Program-made: the position numbers and the translations under genes | DNA from: Yuukianura sp. NJ FZ-2021 | Lineage: Eukaryota | Direction: 5' to 3' | NCBI GenBank assembly: GCA_046563655.1 | Contig: CM102285.1 | Location: 3,534,001-3,598,000, forward strand | DNA: 64,000 nucleotides | The notes under the pieces: model-generated | What the model was told of the DNA's origin: nothing | The model's input: only the letters and a program-made list of their open reading frames with translations | Databases searched by the model: none | In this document: piece by piece, positions 51,901-64,000 of the stretch | Layout: the number at the start of each line of letters is the position of its first letter | Position numbering within the stretch: the stretch's first letter is position 1

Positions 51901-52185
51901 TCTTGGCAATAGTAAATTTTAGTACAATAGTAAATGGATGGTGATGGTTAAACTGTATAGGTAGCACTGCGTTCCCCCCTGAATGTGGGTGGCATTAAAT
52001 TCCCCCTAATCACATGTTCAAAGTAAGTTCCAAAAACGTTTTTTGTACAAGAGCCAATCAGATTCATAGTCCTGGGGGCGAGGGAGTTAGCTCCTCCTAA
52101 CAAAGCAAAAAGAAAATGAATTAGTCCCAATTAGTTCAGTCTTAACTGGTCGTAAGAAGGAAACGCGAGTTTAAATTAGCTCAAC

Positions 52186-52881
52186 ATGGAAGTACTTTCG
52201 TCCACATCCGGTATTGAAGTCAGAAATTCATCTTTTTCCATTACTTTTACTTTGGAGGAACTGACGACGGTAGTTGAGAAGTTAGTTGTTCTATACATTG
52301 GAGCGGGGAAAATGATGGCTGACCTACCGCATTTTGAAAAAATTCTGGCTCAAAATCGTAAGAAAGCGAGCCAAGTAGAATCAGTCCGGGAAATCAGGGA
52401 AGCGAGTATTCATTGCATACGAGAAGATGATCAAGTATTCCTAATTCGAGCGTCTGGCGCTGCTGCTGTTAAGCTGGATCAAGTTCCACGTTTGGTTGGA
52501 AGACTCCTAAAATCATTTCCAACTTCGTATTTAGACGAATCGTTGGATAGAGTTATCCATGAAGCAAAACGAAGCTACTTGAAGGATCTACGCGAATTGG
52601 CTTTGAGTAGGTGTCGAAATAAAGAAATTCCAAGTAATGGAAGTGTTTTCGATCGTCCTAATTGCTGCTGTCCACAAACAAATCAACACATTCGGAAACA
52701 ATATACGTCACATTTGCTGGATTTGACAAAACACCAACAATTTCAGATCCGTCGAAGAACCTTTGTTATGGAGAGTTCTACACGTAGCATGTATTCTACG
52801 CTCGAGGAACTTCGAATGAAGCCGTACAGTGCTGATGTAATTGGCAGCATCATATTTCATGGTGTTCTAACCACTCCATAG
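52186..52881 (+). CDS. Hypothetical protein, paralog B (231 aa)
   Basis: Intact ORF divergently oriented to paralog A and homologous to it over nearly its full length. Confidence 0.8.
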   Translation: MEVLSSTSGIEVRNSSFSITFTLEELTTVVEKLVVLYIGAGKMMADLPHFEKILAQNRKKASQVESVREIREASIHCIREDDQVFLIRASGAAAVKLDQVPRLVGRLLKSFPTSYLDESLDRVIHEAKRSYLKDLRELALSRCRNKEIPSNGSVFDRPNCCCPQTNQHIRKQYTSHLLDLTKHQQFQIRRRTFVMESSTRSMYSTLEELRMKPYSADVIGSIIFHGVLTTP

Positions 52882-53705
52882 CTTGTAATTTTAATGTAAC
52901 TAGGATTTACAGATGTTAAAAATTTGAAGAAAAATGATTGTCCTTTCTAGTTTCGTTTAAAAGTTGAAAAACAAGCTGGCAAAGTAATTAAAGAACCTGG
53001 CCAAATGTGTTTAATTAATGTTCACACGTAGCGTTAAGAGAATTGTTCTAGGAAGCATTAATGGATTTACAAAAAATTTGAAAATAAAGGATTACAAGTC
53101 CTTTCTTGTTTCGTTTAAGAGTTGTGAACAATGTTCAAGCTTCATTGCTGCTTAACCTATAACACCTACATAACGGTCAGTTGTTGTAGACCGGAAATGA
53201 TTAAGACCGGAAACCACCAATTACCGGTGCATGTGTCCGATTTTGCAAAAGGACTATAGACTAAGTTGGTTAGTTTACACATGAACTAAAAGGCATCCTA
53301 ACTACTCATGGTTTAAAGTATGAATTTCATAATTTTCAGTGACGCATGCATTTTTTGTTTCAAATTTGGTGGGAAAGTTGTTCCTATTGGCTCGTGGTTA
53401 GGTTTCTCCACACATTTAAAATTGGATTTTGATGGGTGTTTTCATGTCATCCATTTTAACAAATTGGAGGGAGCCAGAGAGCGGAATTGGAGATTAGGCC
53501 GGATGTAGAATCATTATGGATGCAGAAAAGTAACTGACCATTTAGACATCCACGCCACCTTTTAAACCGTCTTGCTAATGCGACTAATTAATGAGAACAG
53601 ATGGCGTTTAACTGTCGCGGGATGTATTTAATTGGACACAGGAAGCGTTAATTGGTTTTAATTAGTCTTGAACGGAAGTGCTAATTAGTGCGTTCAGGAA
53701 TAGTC

Positions 53706-53878
53706 ACAGGAAGTATTTAATTAGTCTTAATTAGTCTTGAACGGAAGTGTTAATTAGTCTTGAAGAATGTCTTAATTAGTCTTAATTAATCCGACTTTTG
53801 GGATCTCACGCCAGTTGCTTTAAAACCTTATGGGTCCAAAGGTTGATTTGGCGTGAAAGTCCCCTCTACCCTCCTACT
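53706..53878 (-). repeat. Right terminal inverted repeat (173 bp)
   Basis: Reverse complement of 44766-44928 plus a 10-bp slippage duplication; followed directly by GTCCC. Confidence 0.95.
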
Positions 53879-56443
53879 GTCCCTTTTGCTTTCAAGGGAC
53901 CAGGGCCCTTGGAACCCTTTACGGGTTTTGCTTGTTAAAAAGCAAAGGCCAAGAATTAAAATACTCCTTCCCTAGATTTGCATGTATTCAAACCAGGTTG
54001 AAGTAGGTCCTTTCCCATGACCCTTCGGAAGGTCAAAATCCATTTGGAGGCCCTTCAATCCTTTCGGAGTTTTCAGTCTCCGATATGCAAAAAGACCCGG
54101 GAATTGTTCCTTGGAAGAAGAAAAAAATCGGAAGGCATCATCTTTTCCTGGGAAAGGGACAGTTTTGGTTCTGCGGGCCCTTTTCTTCTGTTTATTTGAA
54201 TAATAAATCAATATATTATGCTGATTTAACGGGTTTTAACCCGTTCCTTCTCTTTTTTAAGCAAAGAAAAAGCGGGACCCTTAGAAAAAAGTGTTTGATA
54301 AGAAAGATCCCTTGACCTTGTAGGAAGGGCCCCCTCTTGTCCCTTACGGAATCTCCCTATGCAAACTACCACTACGAAAATCTTTTTGGTGGACTTGGAG
54401 GCAAAACCTCCGTTTTCGCTTCCTTCCTGCTTAGGCTTGTTTGGTAAGCGCAACTACTTTTGAGACTGTACTAGTAGACGCACCCTGAAAAAATGGAAAG
54501 TAAAAAAATCGATCCAGAAAATCGTGTGAGGAGGACGTTGTTGGAAATGTATAGGAAGTGAAGCTAGCTGATGACATCATTCCTTTTGCTTAGAAAAAAA
54601 GTTTAAGCGAAAAGAGTCTACGATTTCTTTCTGAAACTACCTTCACTCTTCTTACGTTCTTTGAACCAAAAGGAAGCAAAAGTTCTGGAGGAAGCAGAAC
54701 CATACGCAAGTATCGCTTCACTTTTACCTTATTTTTCAAAGTTGGTGGTACACATGGTAAGACTTAAAAAACATTTCAAGTTCAAACCACATTTGAAAAT
54801 TTTTTGGAAGGTTCATTTTGCCTAAAAAGAATTTGGGCATTTACGGAAAGAAAAAAGTTTCTTTTTTTAAAAAAAAAAGGTCCCAACTTTTCTTCTCGGA
54901 AAACTTTTCACTTTCCCAAAATTTGTGAACTCAAAAAATTTTCACAGAATTCTTTTTGGAAAAAAAGGTGTGCTAAATTTGGGAGTTCTCATACTAAAAA
55001 TTCAAGAAACCTAAACTAAGAAACTAAAATTAAACAAAATTTGCAAAAGCCCGTGAATGTAAAGTGAAAGCAAACTTAATACATCGGTTTGTGAAACTAA
55101 AAAGTTAATGTTGAGTTAAATTAGTAATGCTTTTTATATAACAGATAAAAAAATTAGTAATGTTAGGCATGCCTAGCAAACTTGGAACAAGCGTTTTCTG
55201 GAAGACGGGGCTTTGTGTTTGACTAAAGTAAGGTTAATTAATTTAACCTAAATTACTCAAACAAACAAAATCAATTTACATTGTTAGATTGAAAATAAAT
55301 TAGGTTAGGCTAGGAATATTAAGCAAGCTACCTTCATTTGATTTATGTGAGAGTTGGTTAAGTGGAGATGATGGGATGCTTAAGATGAGATGTGATTAGC
55401 CGCCTTCTCTTTCTCTTGTGACTTTCATGAATGAAAGTGAAAGTGGCGTGCGTTTCAGGTTAGGTTAAGGAAGTGTCTTGGAAGGGAGACGCTGTTAGGT
55501 TAAGGTTAGGCTTTGTGCCTACTTAAACTTCTTAAGATTTATACTCATCCACTCCACCGAGAGACTATAGACACTTGACCTCCTTTAATCTTCAGTTCCC
55601 ATCGAACTCCCTTACCTACCACAATCCTATTTTTATTTTTAGACACAAAAATATAGAATCGGAAGTGTAACTTAATTACGATTTGTTTAAAATACGGCCT
55701 ACAATTGCGTTAGGATTATAAAATGTTTTACGGCTGCTGGTATTTCTTCTTGAATGTGATTTTGAAAAGCGCGTTACATATTCTTTAATTCTTATTTCAG
55801 AATACACGTTTTCAAAACAACATTTCCTTAAATTAAAGTAAGTTAATTGCTAGTTAATTAACCGAGTTCTGCAATACGGAAATCAGGAGTGTTTATAACC
55901 AGAAGCTTAAATTTAAGCTGGAAAATTTTCTAGACGAGTAATTAAAAGAAATTTTGTTAATCACGCTATTAAGACGAGATCGAAGAACCTGAAAATAACA
56001 TTAGAAAAGAGGATTATACAATTATATTCTTAACAGCAATAATTTTAGTTTTTCAAGAAATATAAACAAGATATTAAACGTTTTCCAATCCATCTAGTGC
56101 AAATGATGATTATTGTAAAAGAATTCAAAATATAACGAAGGCTTACAAAGTACTAAATTATTAATCACCTTAAATAAATTGATAATTATTTTAATTTAAT
56201 TTCTGTATTTACAGGTTTCTCAATATTCAATGGCGTGGCGAAGTCAGAATCTTCTCAAACATTATACAAAAGAAATCTCAACCGCTAAATTCACTTCCAT
56301 CTAAGTACGAAGTACTACTAACTTCAGAAGGTAAGCAAAATTATTTTGAAATTGTTTAGTCTGCATTGCTTCCAAGATCTTTATTACTAAGCATACAAAA
56401 AATTGAAGTATAAAAAGCAAACCTAGATTTTCGAAACTCTTCT

Positions 56444-56571
56444 TGATTTAAACAAAATAAGTCTCCACGCTTTTAAGTTCTCTCGCAATGTTATGAATTC
56501 TCGGACCTGATTTAAACAAAATAAGTCTCCACGCTTTTAAGTTCTCTCGCAATGTTATGAATTCTCGGACC
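56444..56571. repeat. Perfect 64-bp tandem duplication
   Basis: TGATTTAAACAAAATAAGTCTCCACGC...GAATTCTCGGACC occurs at 56444-56507 and 56508-56571. Confidence 0.9.
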
Positions 56572-59500
56572 TAAATAGAGGGGTGAGCATTGGGTAGAAA
56601 ACTAAGCAAAAACTCCCCAAAATCGTCCTTTTTTTCTAAAAATTTACAAAAAAGCTCCAAACAAAAAGCCAACCCCGAAGCCATACCGTCTAAAGTTCCC
56701 GATTGAAGTTTTATTGGGGGAGTTTTATTTTGTGTGAGAGGGTCAAAGGAAAGAGGATTTGGAAATTTCATTTTGACAGAAAATAGGGAAGAGAGAAGTA
56801 GGGGGATGAAAGTAGCAGTGGAGAACACCAGTGTTGTTCCTGGACTCCAGAAAATCCATTGTAATCCCGTTGGCGAGACTGGCATGACAACGGAACCGAA
56901 TCCATTGTCCTCCTCGTCTGCGGTTGGCGGCCATTATGAAATTGAAACTCCCGCAAACTAAATTTCAAATTGAAAATGCCCTCTGTCCTGAGTAAGATAA
57001 TCGACATGAGCTCCTTTCTCCTTTCGTGTCATCATCATCAAACGGCTTCCGTGTGGCAGGTCATTAGGAACACCACACTGACACAACCAAGCTATTCAGT
57101 AACAACATAGTCTAACTTATTACAAGGAAATGACTAGAGTGAAAGTCTATGAAAGTACTAAGAGTGTAGTAGCATATTAGACTCGTTCGTGGTGAAAGTG
57201 ATAGACTTTAATAGACAGGCGAAGACTAATGAGTCAACCGGAGAAGATGTCACTCAGCGGGAATCTTTGAATTTGAAACCATTATGGGCTTTTGTGTACA
57301 CTTTTCACCGCAAAAGCAACAAAGGAGTTTTCAGCTTGTTAAAGTTTGCTTAAATTTGGTTGGTAGAACCCAACGTTGGCTCATTCCGCAGTGTCAAAAT
57401 TCAAAAATTAAATTAACTTAAATCTCGAGCTCCATTTTTGAAAAATAATTGAGAAAAAGAATCCCACTACTCACATTTCCGAAAAGTTATTCGGATTTTG
57501 GTTTTATGTACTCAGATAATTTGTTACGAGTCTGCATAGACATTTTGCCTTCTGAATCTGAATTCTCAATTTCTGAAGTGAACGGGTAAAACATTTGAGA
57601 TTTGAAAATAACCGCAAGTCTTGATTTAGTGAAAGTTAGCATAGGGCGTCCAAGTTGTGATATTGGATCCATATATGTTTTGTGTTTTGTTGGTTTTGTT
57701 TTTTATCGAAATTTTGTAAACTTTTGAAAAAGTAATTTCTTACTGTGAGAAAGAAGTGAAAGTAAATGAGCTGGAAAATGATTTGAGGAGGGCATGTTCA
57801 AACAGTGATCATTACATCCAGATGCTTTTCCATTATGATTCAAGGAACAAGGAAGAACGGAGAAGTCAGAACCATTAGCCAAGTCAAAGGAAATAATATC
57901 TCATGTTTCATTTACAAAAAAAAATGGGACTGGGAGGGAGGTCGTAAGTGAAAGGAACTTTCTCCAAACGGACTTAATATGGTACTAAAAACCAGAAAAG
58001 CATAAGGAAAGAAGGCTGCGCTTTCACTAGTTCTCTTCCGGGAAATTAATATGTCAGGAATTACAATCTGATTTCCCTCTTCCCCGAACTTAAAACCGCT
58101 CAGCAGACTTTTTGATTAATTCCACAAACCCAAAAATCCTTCTTCAACCACTCTTGGATAATAGCTCTACCAATTTTTTACCAATTTTATCCAATTTTTC
58201 TAGATATCCATTACATAGTTGCATTTTTGTAACTTAACCGCAACAAAAACTTGAAAATGAGACAAAACGAAGCTTACTAAGCGTCAATGTCGTATTACGT
58301 CACTGAAAGTTGAAAAATTCAGTTCCGTTTACTGTGTAAATTACTAAAAATATTTTTGCTCTTTCATCCTTCAGTTCTGCACACATTAAGAACGTATGTA
58401 ATTGCAGAACATCTAATTCTGCATAAGCAGTTACGACGCAATTCGAATTATGTAATGATGCAAGGTTTACCTCATTACATGATGTATTAGGGTTGAGCTG
58501 AATATCGAGAACATCTTATGTTTGGAGCGGCATTTGTTCCTAAAGTTTAAGCAAATTTTGTTACATTTGAGCGAATTGTTGGATTCTTCAGCAGCTTTTA
58601 CATGCAGTTAAGGCTGGGTTTCCGAGTCGAAATATTAGAATTGTCGATAACATTACGTTAGTTGTCACACTTTAGAAGAGGAGAAAGCAGGTAATGTTGG
58701 TAGAGTGGATGGTGCGATCGACTACAATTGGACTTAATGGTCCACTTCAACTTTAGCATTAGGCATTAGACGTGGGAATAGAGAGAGGAGAGTGACGTAA
58801 GTTTGGGAATGGAGTCGTACGTGTAGCGCTTTAGCAGTAGTGGCAGCGATTTAGGAAAGAAATCAGCGGAAAGTGTTTTCTCGTCGTCGCATTTGAAGGG
58901 AATCCATTAGGGGAAGTGGTTTTGGAGAAGGCTGGGGTGGGGCTGGTGGGGCCGTGGTGGAGCCTGTGTTTGACAATAGTAGCCATCGCTCTTCGTCATG
59001 CTCGAAGAAGGTGGTTAAGCGACGGGCTAAAAATAATGTAACGCTCGAGCAGTTGCTTGGCGCTGGAGACGAGTAAGCGGAACCTTCCTGAGTCCTTGCT
59101 GAGGCTTCCTGGGAAGAAACCTGGAACAAGAATTTTTTCGAAGAATAATGCAATATTGGTCCGAATGTTGAAGTGGGGCGGCGGAGTGTTAGAGGCTGAA
59201 AATGGGGGCGGCGGGGCAGGGTGGGGCCATTGGTGGATCGACATTGAAGAAAGAAGGGGGAACTGATCGTGTCATATTGATCGACTGGGAAGTTGGAAAC
59301 CTATCATAGGGTAGAGAGCTGAGGCTGGCTGCTGCTAAAGGCTGTTCTCAACATACAAGTTGCTTTCTCCCTCATCCGCCTAGACTGTCTGTCACTTTTG
59401 CTTTTTCCATAAAGAGTAATAGAGTTATTGTGTGCAGAGGCACAACAGTTCTCCAATGGCACCCAAAATACTATGGCTGCCCAGGAGAAAGTGGAGGTAA

Positions 59501-60808
59501 AGAGACCTTTAGGCGCAGGGCACGCCAGGACCTAGCACTGTTTCGAACTCACCACGCAAGAATCACATTCTGCTCAAAAACTTCTTCCTGTAGTACCTTG
59601 CTTTCGATTTTAAATTCTCTGAAAATGTAAATTTAATTTTTGGAGAATCCGGATTTTTTTTTTAGGAAAACGCTTCATAAAAATTTTTTCAAATAAACTT
59701 TTGCGTATTAACTATTCACTGTATCGTGTTCGCCATCATCTTACATATTCAAATGAAAAGTACAGCGTTGGTAACTCTATGAGTGCGTTTTAGGCTGCAA
59801 CGTTTGTCAAATATACGTTGGGGGCATGTTGAGATTTTGAACAGCGCTATTTGAAAACATTTTTGAATTGATTGACTAATTAGGAGTTTGTAGCCGGTAT
59901 TGTGGTGTGGTGCGTGATGCGTGTCAAGTTGAGAAGTTGTGGAATTTGGAAAGGGAAAGGAGGTCAATGCCCTATGCGTTTGTATTTGGAAAGAAAGTTC
60001 ATTAGAAGTCTAGACTGGAGAGAGACATTGACACAGATTTTAAGTGGGAGCGGGAGAGAGATGCTCCAGTTTTAAAGAGTTTCTCTCAAGTTTTAAACCG
60101 CTGCGGCGGCAGTGGTAGCTCCAATCAATAAATTTTCTCGCCTCTTTGTCCCTACCCAAGGCTAATGGGATAGTAGGCGTAGTAGGTAGAGTAAGAGTAG
60201 TAAAGTAGTAAAAGAGGCTGATGAGGTGGATCTTTTTTTAGAACTATTCTTTTTTCCCGCTCTTTTCTCCCTGTGTACTCTTGATGATGATGAGGAGTTA
60301 GGTTGAGACATCCCAAGGAAAAGTAAGGGGGGAAGTTGAGACTCGGGGAAAGTAGAAGTCTAGTGAAAGAACTCATTAAAAAGTAGACGAAGGCGGGAGA
60401 CTTGGAAGAAGCGCATGGATCCTCATTCACTTTCAGCTATAGTCTTATTAGCGGAAGTCTGAGGGAAGCGCAGAGGCGTTAATTTAAGAAAAGCGAATCC
60501 CTGCACAACTTTCTCTTCCGGGGAAAGCACGTGGAGACGCCTAGGCTCCGTGTAGATAGCATAACCTAGGGCAGACTCCCTTTCAGTCTTTACTACTTTT
60601 ACTACTTAAAACTTTTGTGAATGAGGCCCTCATCACGCCTAGACTTTTTTTTAGCCTTTTTTAGATTTGGCTCAAACTAGGTTTCTGGGAAAGTTCAAAT
60701 TAGAGCGGAAAGGCATAGCATCATTTTCATTCATTTTCATTCAAAAGTGAACTTACCCCGATTACAAAACTTTCAACATACAATTTTCTTCCCTCACTTT
60801 TCATCAAT

Positions 60809-60987
60809 TGGTAGCACGCCATTTGTCCGAATGAATTAGTCCGAAACGCAATGGGACGAATGAATTGGTCCGAATGGCCGTTCGAAACAACATTACTCCA
60901 AGATCAATTCCTCCGAATGATTTCGGACCAATTCATTCGTACCATTGCGCTTCGGACCAATTCATTCTGAGCAGTGGCATGGAACCC
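60809..60987. mobile_element. Small foldback/MITE-like element with repetitive inverted arms
   Basis: GAATGAATTAGTCCGAAACGCAATGGGACGAATGAATTGGTCCGAA (from 60829) matches the reverse complement of ~60922-60967 with 3 mismatches. The arms are built from short CCGAA-containing subunits. Confidence 0.65.
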
Positions 60988-63900
60988 ATTAATTAAGGTG
61001 GAGTGTAAACCTGATTTTGAAACTGCCTTCTAAATTAGCACAAAATTTTTCATTTTTTTAAAACTTCGGTTCTTACAGTTTGATGTGTTATCATTGTGCA
61101 CGGTTGTATTTTTACGGGTTTTCTGTTAGATTCAAGCTACTCTTATCAATTAATTGCTCAGAGGCCACGCCCTTCCCTTTTTCAAAACTTTGGTAACCGC
61201 ATAGCATAGCATAACATTTCAAAACAAAAATTAAAACATAAAGGCAATTTTATTGGACCAGAATACACGTTCAAAATTCAATTTGGAGGCAATCCATCAA
61301 GACTAAACTGACTTATCAGTTGGAATGCGTCAGAAGCCTTTTTCTTTTTACAAAGACATGGTCTCAAGTGCCTTTGTAACAAAGTGGGAATTTAGTGGGG
61401 CCCTTGGCAAGACTGTATCAGAGAACAATGAGATTTCTTATTTGTTAGATCGAGATGAAAGATAAGATCTGTAGGTTAGGTTATAAGAGTTATAGAGTTA
61501 AACCTGTTTTTTGGTAGATTTCTTACAATTACTAAGTCTTGCTTGATTGGCATAAGCTCCACGCATCACACTTTATTAGCCTCCACTCCAACAATGTTAA
61601 TCCACAAAAGGAGACGGCGCATGGAGTTGTAAATGAGTTCAAAAGGTCACGTCCTCCTTGAACCCAATTACAACGCAGCTTGAAATTATTTTTCACAAAA
61701 ATGAAAATAACAAGAACCTGAAGCAAAAAATTACAACCGAGGTAAAATTGCTGTCAACAGAATGATTTAAGTGAAACTAAATGAAAGAAATTCAACTTAA
61801 TACTGGATACTATATAATACATAATATGAAGATAAGAAAATTATTGGAAAGGTTTGTTGGTAAGAAACATTCTAAAGTGAAATTTTTCAAATGAACTTAC
61901 TGAAAAAGTGATGATGAAGAATATGCACTGCGGATGTACGATGCGGAAGGACTGTTTGTTACTGTGATTAGATTTGGAATGAAGTTTTGAAAATTTAGGG
62001 ACTTTGAGGTGACTTTCCGCGCGTACTTTTTAAATTCGGATTTATACAGATATTCTATTCTTGTTTTGAAAGGGTTGTATGGACCAAAGGGATCTGCTGG
62101 ATCTGCATGTTGGGCCCTTAAAAGCATAAGCATATTCTATACTTAAGGGGCCTTTGGAGTTACTCATCCAGGCGAAAATACATAAATGTTGACTGGTCCT
62201 TTTTCGGTTTTTAAGTTATGCATATGCATGAGGCCTTTTGCATTTCCACCATTACAATCAATACAATACATCCATTCTCTAGTTTTTTTTTCGAAGAAGC
62301 ATTTTCACTGAAAGTTTTGCATGATTTAATGTTTTTATAAACTCATATTTTACATTTTATGCTTTGCAATTTATTAAAGCTGTTGAAAACATTAAACAAA
62401 ACATCATTTTCAAAATAAGCGGTAAAAAGCTTTTTGAGCACAAAATGTTTACAATATCCAACCGTTTGCAAAAATTTTCAGATAGTATAAGAACATCTAT
62501 ACGTAACTCTCAGAAACTATTTGTTTCGTTTTTTTTTCATTAATTTGTACTAGAACTGATATCATTAAACTTACAACCAAAAGTTCATAAAGGGGCTTTA
62601 TAGCATATGTATCTTATTATTTCAAAATTCCATTTTTTGATGCGGATGCTAGGATTTTTGAATTTATAAATAAAAGGAAGCGAGGGAGAGGCGTTTTGTG
62701 CCGTTTTTGCCGTGTTCCTTTATAAAAACTCATCCTTTTTGTTCGAATACATTTTCTAAAAAAAAATGGAAGAAATAATGGTCCTAATGGCTAAGGATCG
62801 TAGTTCATATGGAGTTGAATGTGAAACATTGAATAAGAGAATATCTTTTTCAAACAACAATGTTTAATGTCCTTTCCACTCAACGGTATTGTTACTTTCC
62901 ACACACTTTCCAGACACCCAAAGTCCCCATCCACTGGCCCAAATCGGTGAAATATTGCCACAACCGTAGGTTTTACATATGTAATTCTAGGAGCCAACAG
63001 ACCACATGGAGATACACCAGGCATAAATTAAAAATTTACTCTTAAAAATTAAAAGGGTTGCAAAACTAGTTGAAAAGAGCGGGAAACATGCTTTTTTCAA
63101 ACGCCAGGCAGCAAATAGCGTCCGTAGAATCTGTTCAACTTTATTCCAATATTTTCCACTTTTGGCATTTGCAAAAAGCAACTTTATCAACCGACCCTCT
63201 TGAAATTTTGTAAAAACAAAAAAAAATCGCTCCTGTGTAATTCTGTATTGAAAATCGTGAGGCGGAAACCAACTTTCTAACAATTTTTGAAACTTTCCCT
63301 CAGGCCGCGCATTCAGAGAACAGACTTTAGTATTTCAGAGTTAGAACTTCAGTATTTCTTATGAAGTAGATTGCTAATGCGGTATGTGCGGTTAACCGGG
63401 CATACGCAGTGCTATCGTTGTATGATCGGTATCAAGAATTCTGGACTGACGTGCATCAGTGCTGGTTTGGACCGTCAACTTTCACTTCCGAATCGATTTT
63501 GAATATTCTTGGGCAGAAGAGAAAGCAATTGGATTGTTACGGTTGAATGGAACGGGAGCTGCATGGAGGAAATAATGTATCCATACGACCAGAATTGTCG
63601 TTTTTGAAAAGAAGAGTTCTTTGCGCCAGGGAATTGGAAGTGTTTGGATTGAAGACACAATCCACCACCTCTGCAAGACCTCTCTCCCTCCCTTCTTCCA
63701 TGGATTTCTTCTATGGTTTATGTCGTCAAAGGGAAGAAAGCCCACAAGGAACCTTTCCCCTTGTACTTATGATTGAATTGGAATTGAGGGCGGTGCACTG
63801 CGGCGGTGGTTGTATGTACCCGGGAATTGGATCATGTGGAAGCAGGAGAGACTGGTGGTCTCTGGTTCCTTGGGATTTTGCATTAGGAAGCACAGTGAAC

Positions 63901-64000
63901 CATGACAGATTCGGAATAAGAAGGCTTTAGGTTCCTTTTGACTAGGAGAAAGCAGAGTGGAACAAGTGCACGAGACTGGAAGGAATAAATAACATATTCA

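Larger units (their letters stand above)
44766..53878. mobile_element. Reduced Polinton/Maverick-like element (9,113 bp) with pPolB and packaging-type ATPase, no recognisable integrase or capsid
   Basis: 5'-AGTAG...CTACT-3' termini, TIRs at 44766-44928 and 53706-53878, target-site duplication GTCCC (44761-44765 and 53879-53883), and five intact genes inside. Confidence 0.93.

Noticed and set aside
44760-53883. 6-bp TSD TGTCCC
   Set aside because: It would require dropping the terminal T of the right TIR and make the ends asymmetric. The symmetric AG...CT ends with a 5-bp GTCCC duplication are preferred, though other copies are needed to settle it.
55296-55512. TTAGG/GGTTA telomere-like pentamers (also near 24520, 26670, 43090)
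   Set aside because: Only 2-3 degenerate units at each scattered site; not an interstitial telomeric array.

Overview
AT-rich eukaryotic genomic DNA with short spliceosomal introns. The gene families suggest a soil hexapod such as a springtail (inference only). The first 16.4 kb hold five host genes: a microbial-type class I terpene synthase, a secreted M28 leucyl aminopeptidase of fungal/bacterial type, a divergent ionotropic receptor, a gustatory-receptor-like multi-TM protein and a neprilysin (M13). The rest has no supportable host CDS and contains DNA transposon remnants: a pogo derivative, MITEs and Helentron/DINE-1-like elements, including a head-to-tail dimer. The standout is a cleanly inserted 9,113-bp Polinton/Maverick-like element (44766-53878) with ~165-bp TIRs and a 5-bp GTCCC target duplication. 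It encodes a protein-primed PolB split by three spliceosomal introns lying in its conserved polymerase motifs, a C2H2-finger-fused packaging-type ATPase, a small C2H2 protein and two divergent paralogs of unknown function. No integrase, capsid or protease is recognisable. The two single fingers have recognition helices predicted to read GAG and GTG, the same triplets that form the microsatellite in their shared bidirectional promoter. All calls come from reading motifs by eye; no database searches were run.
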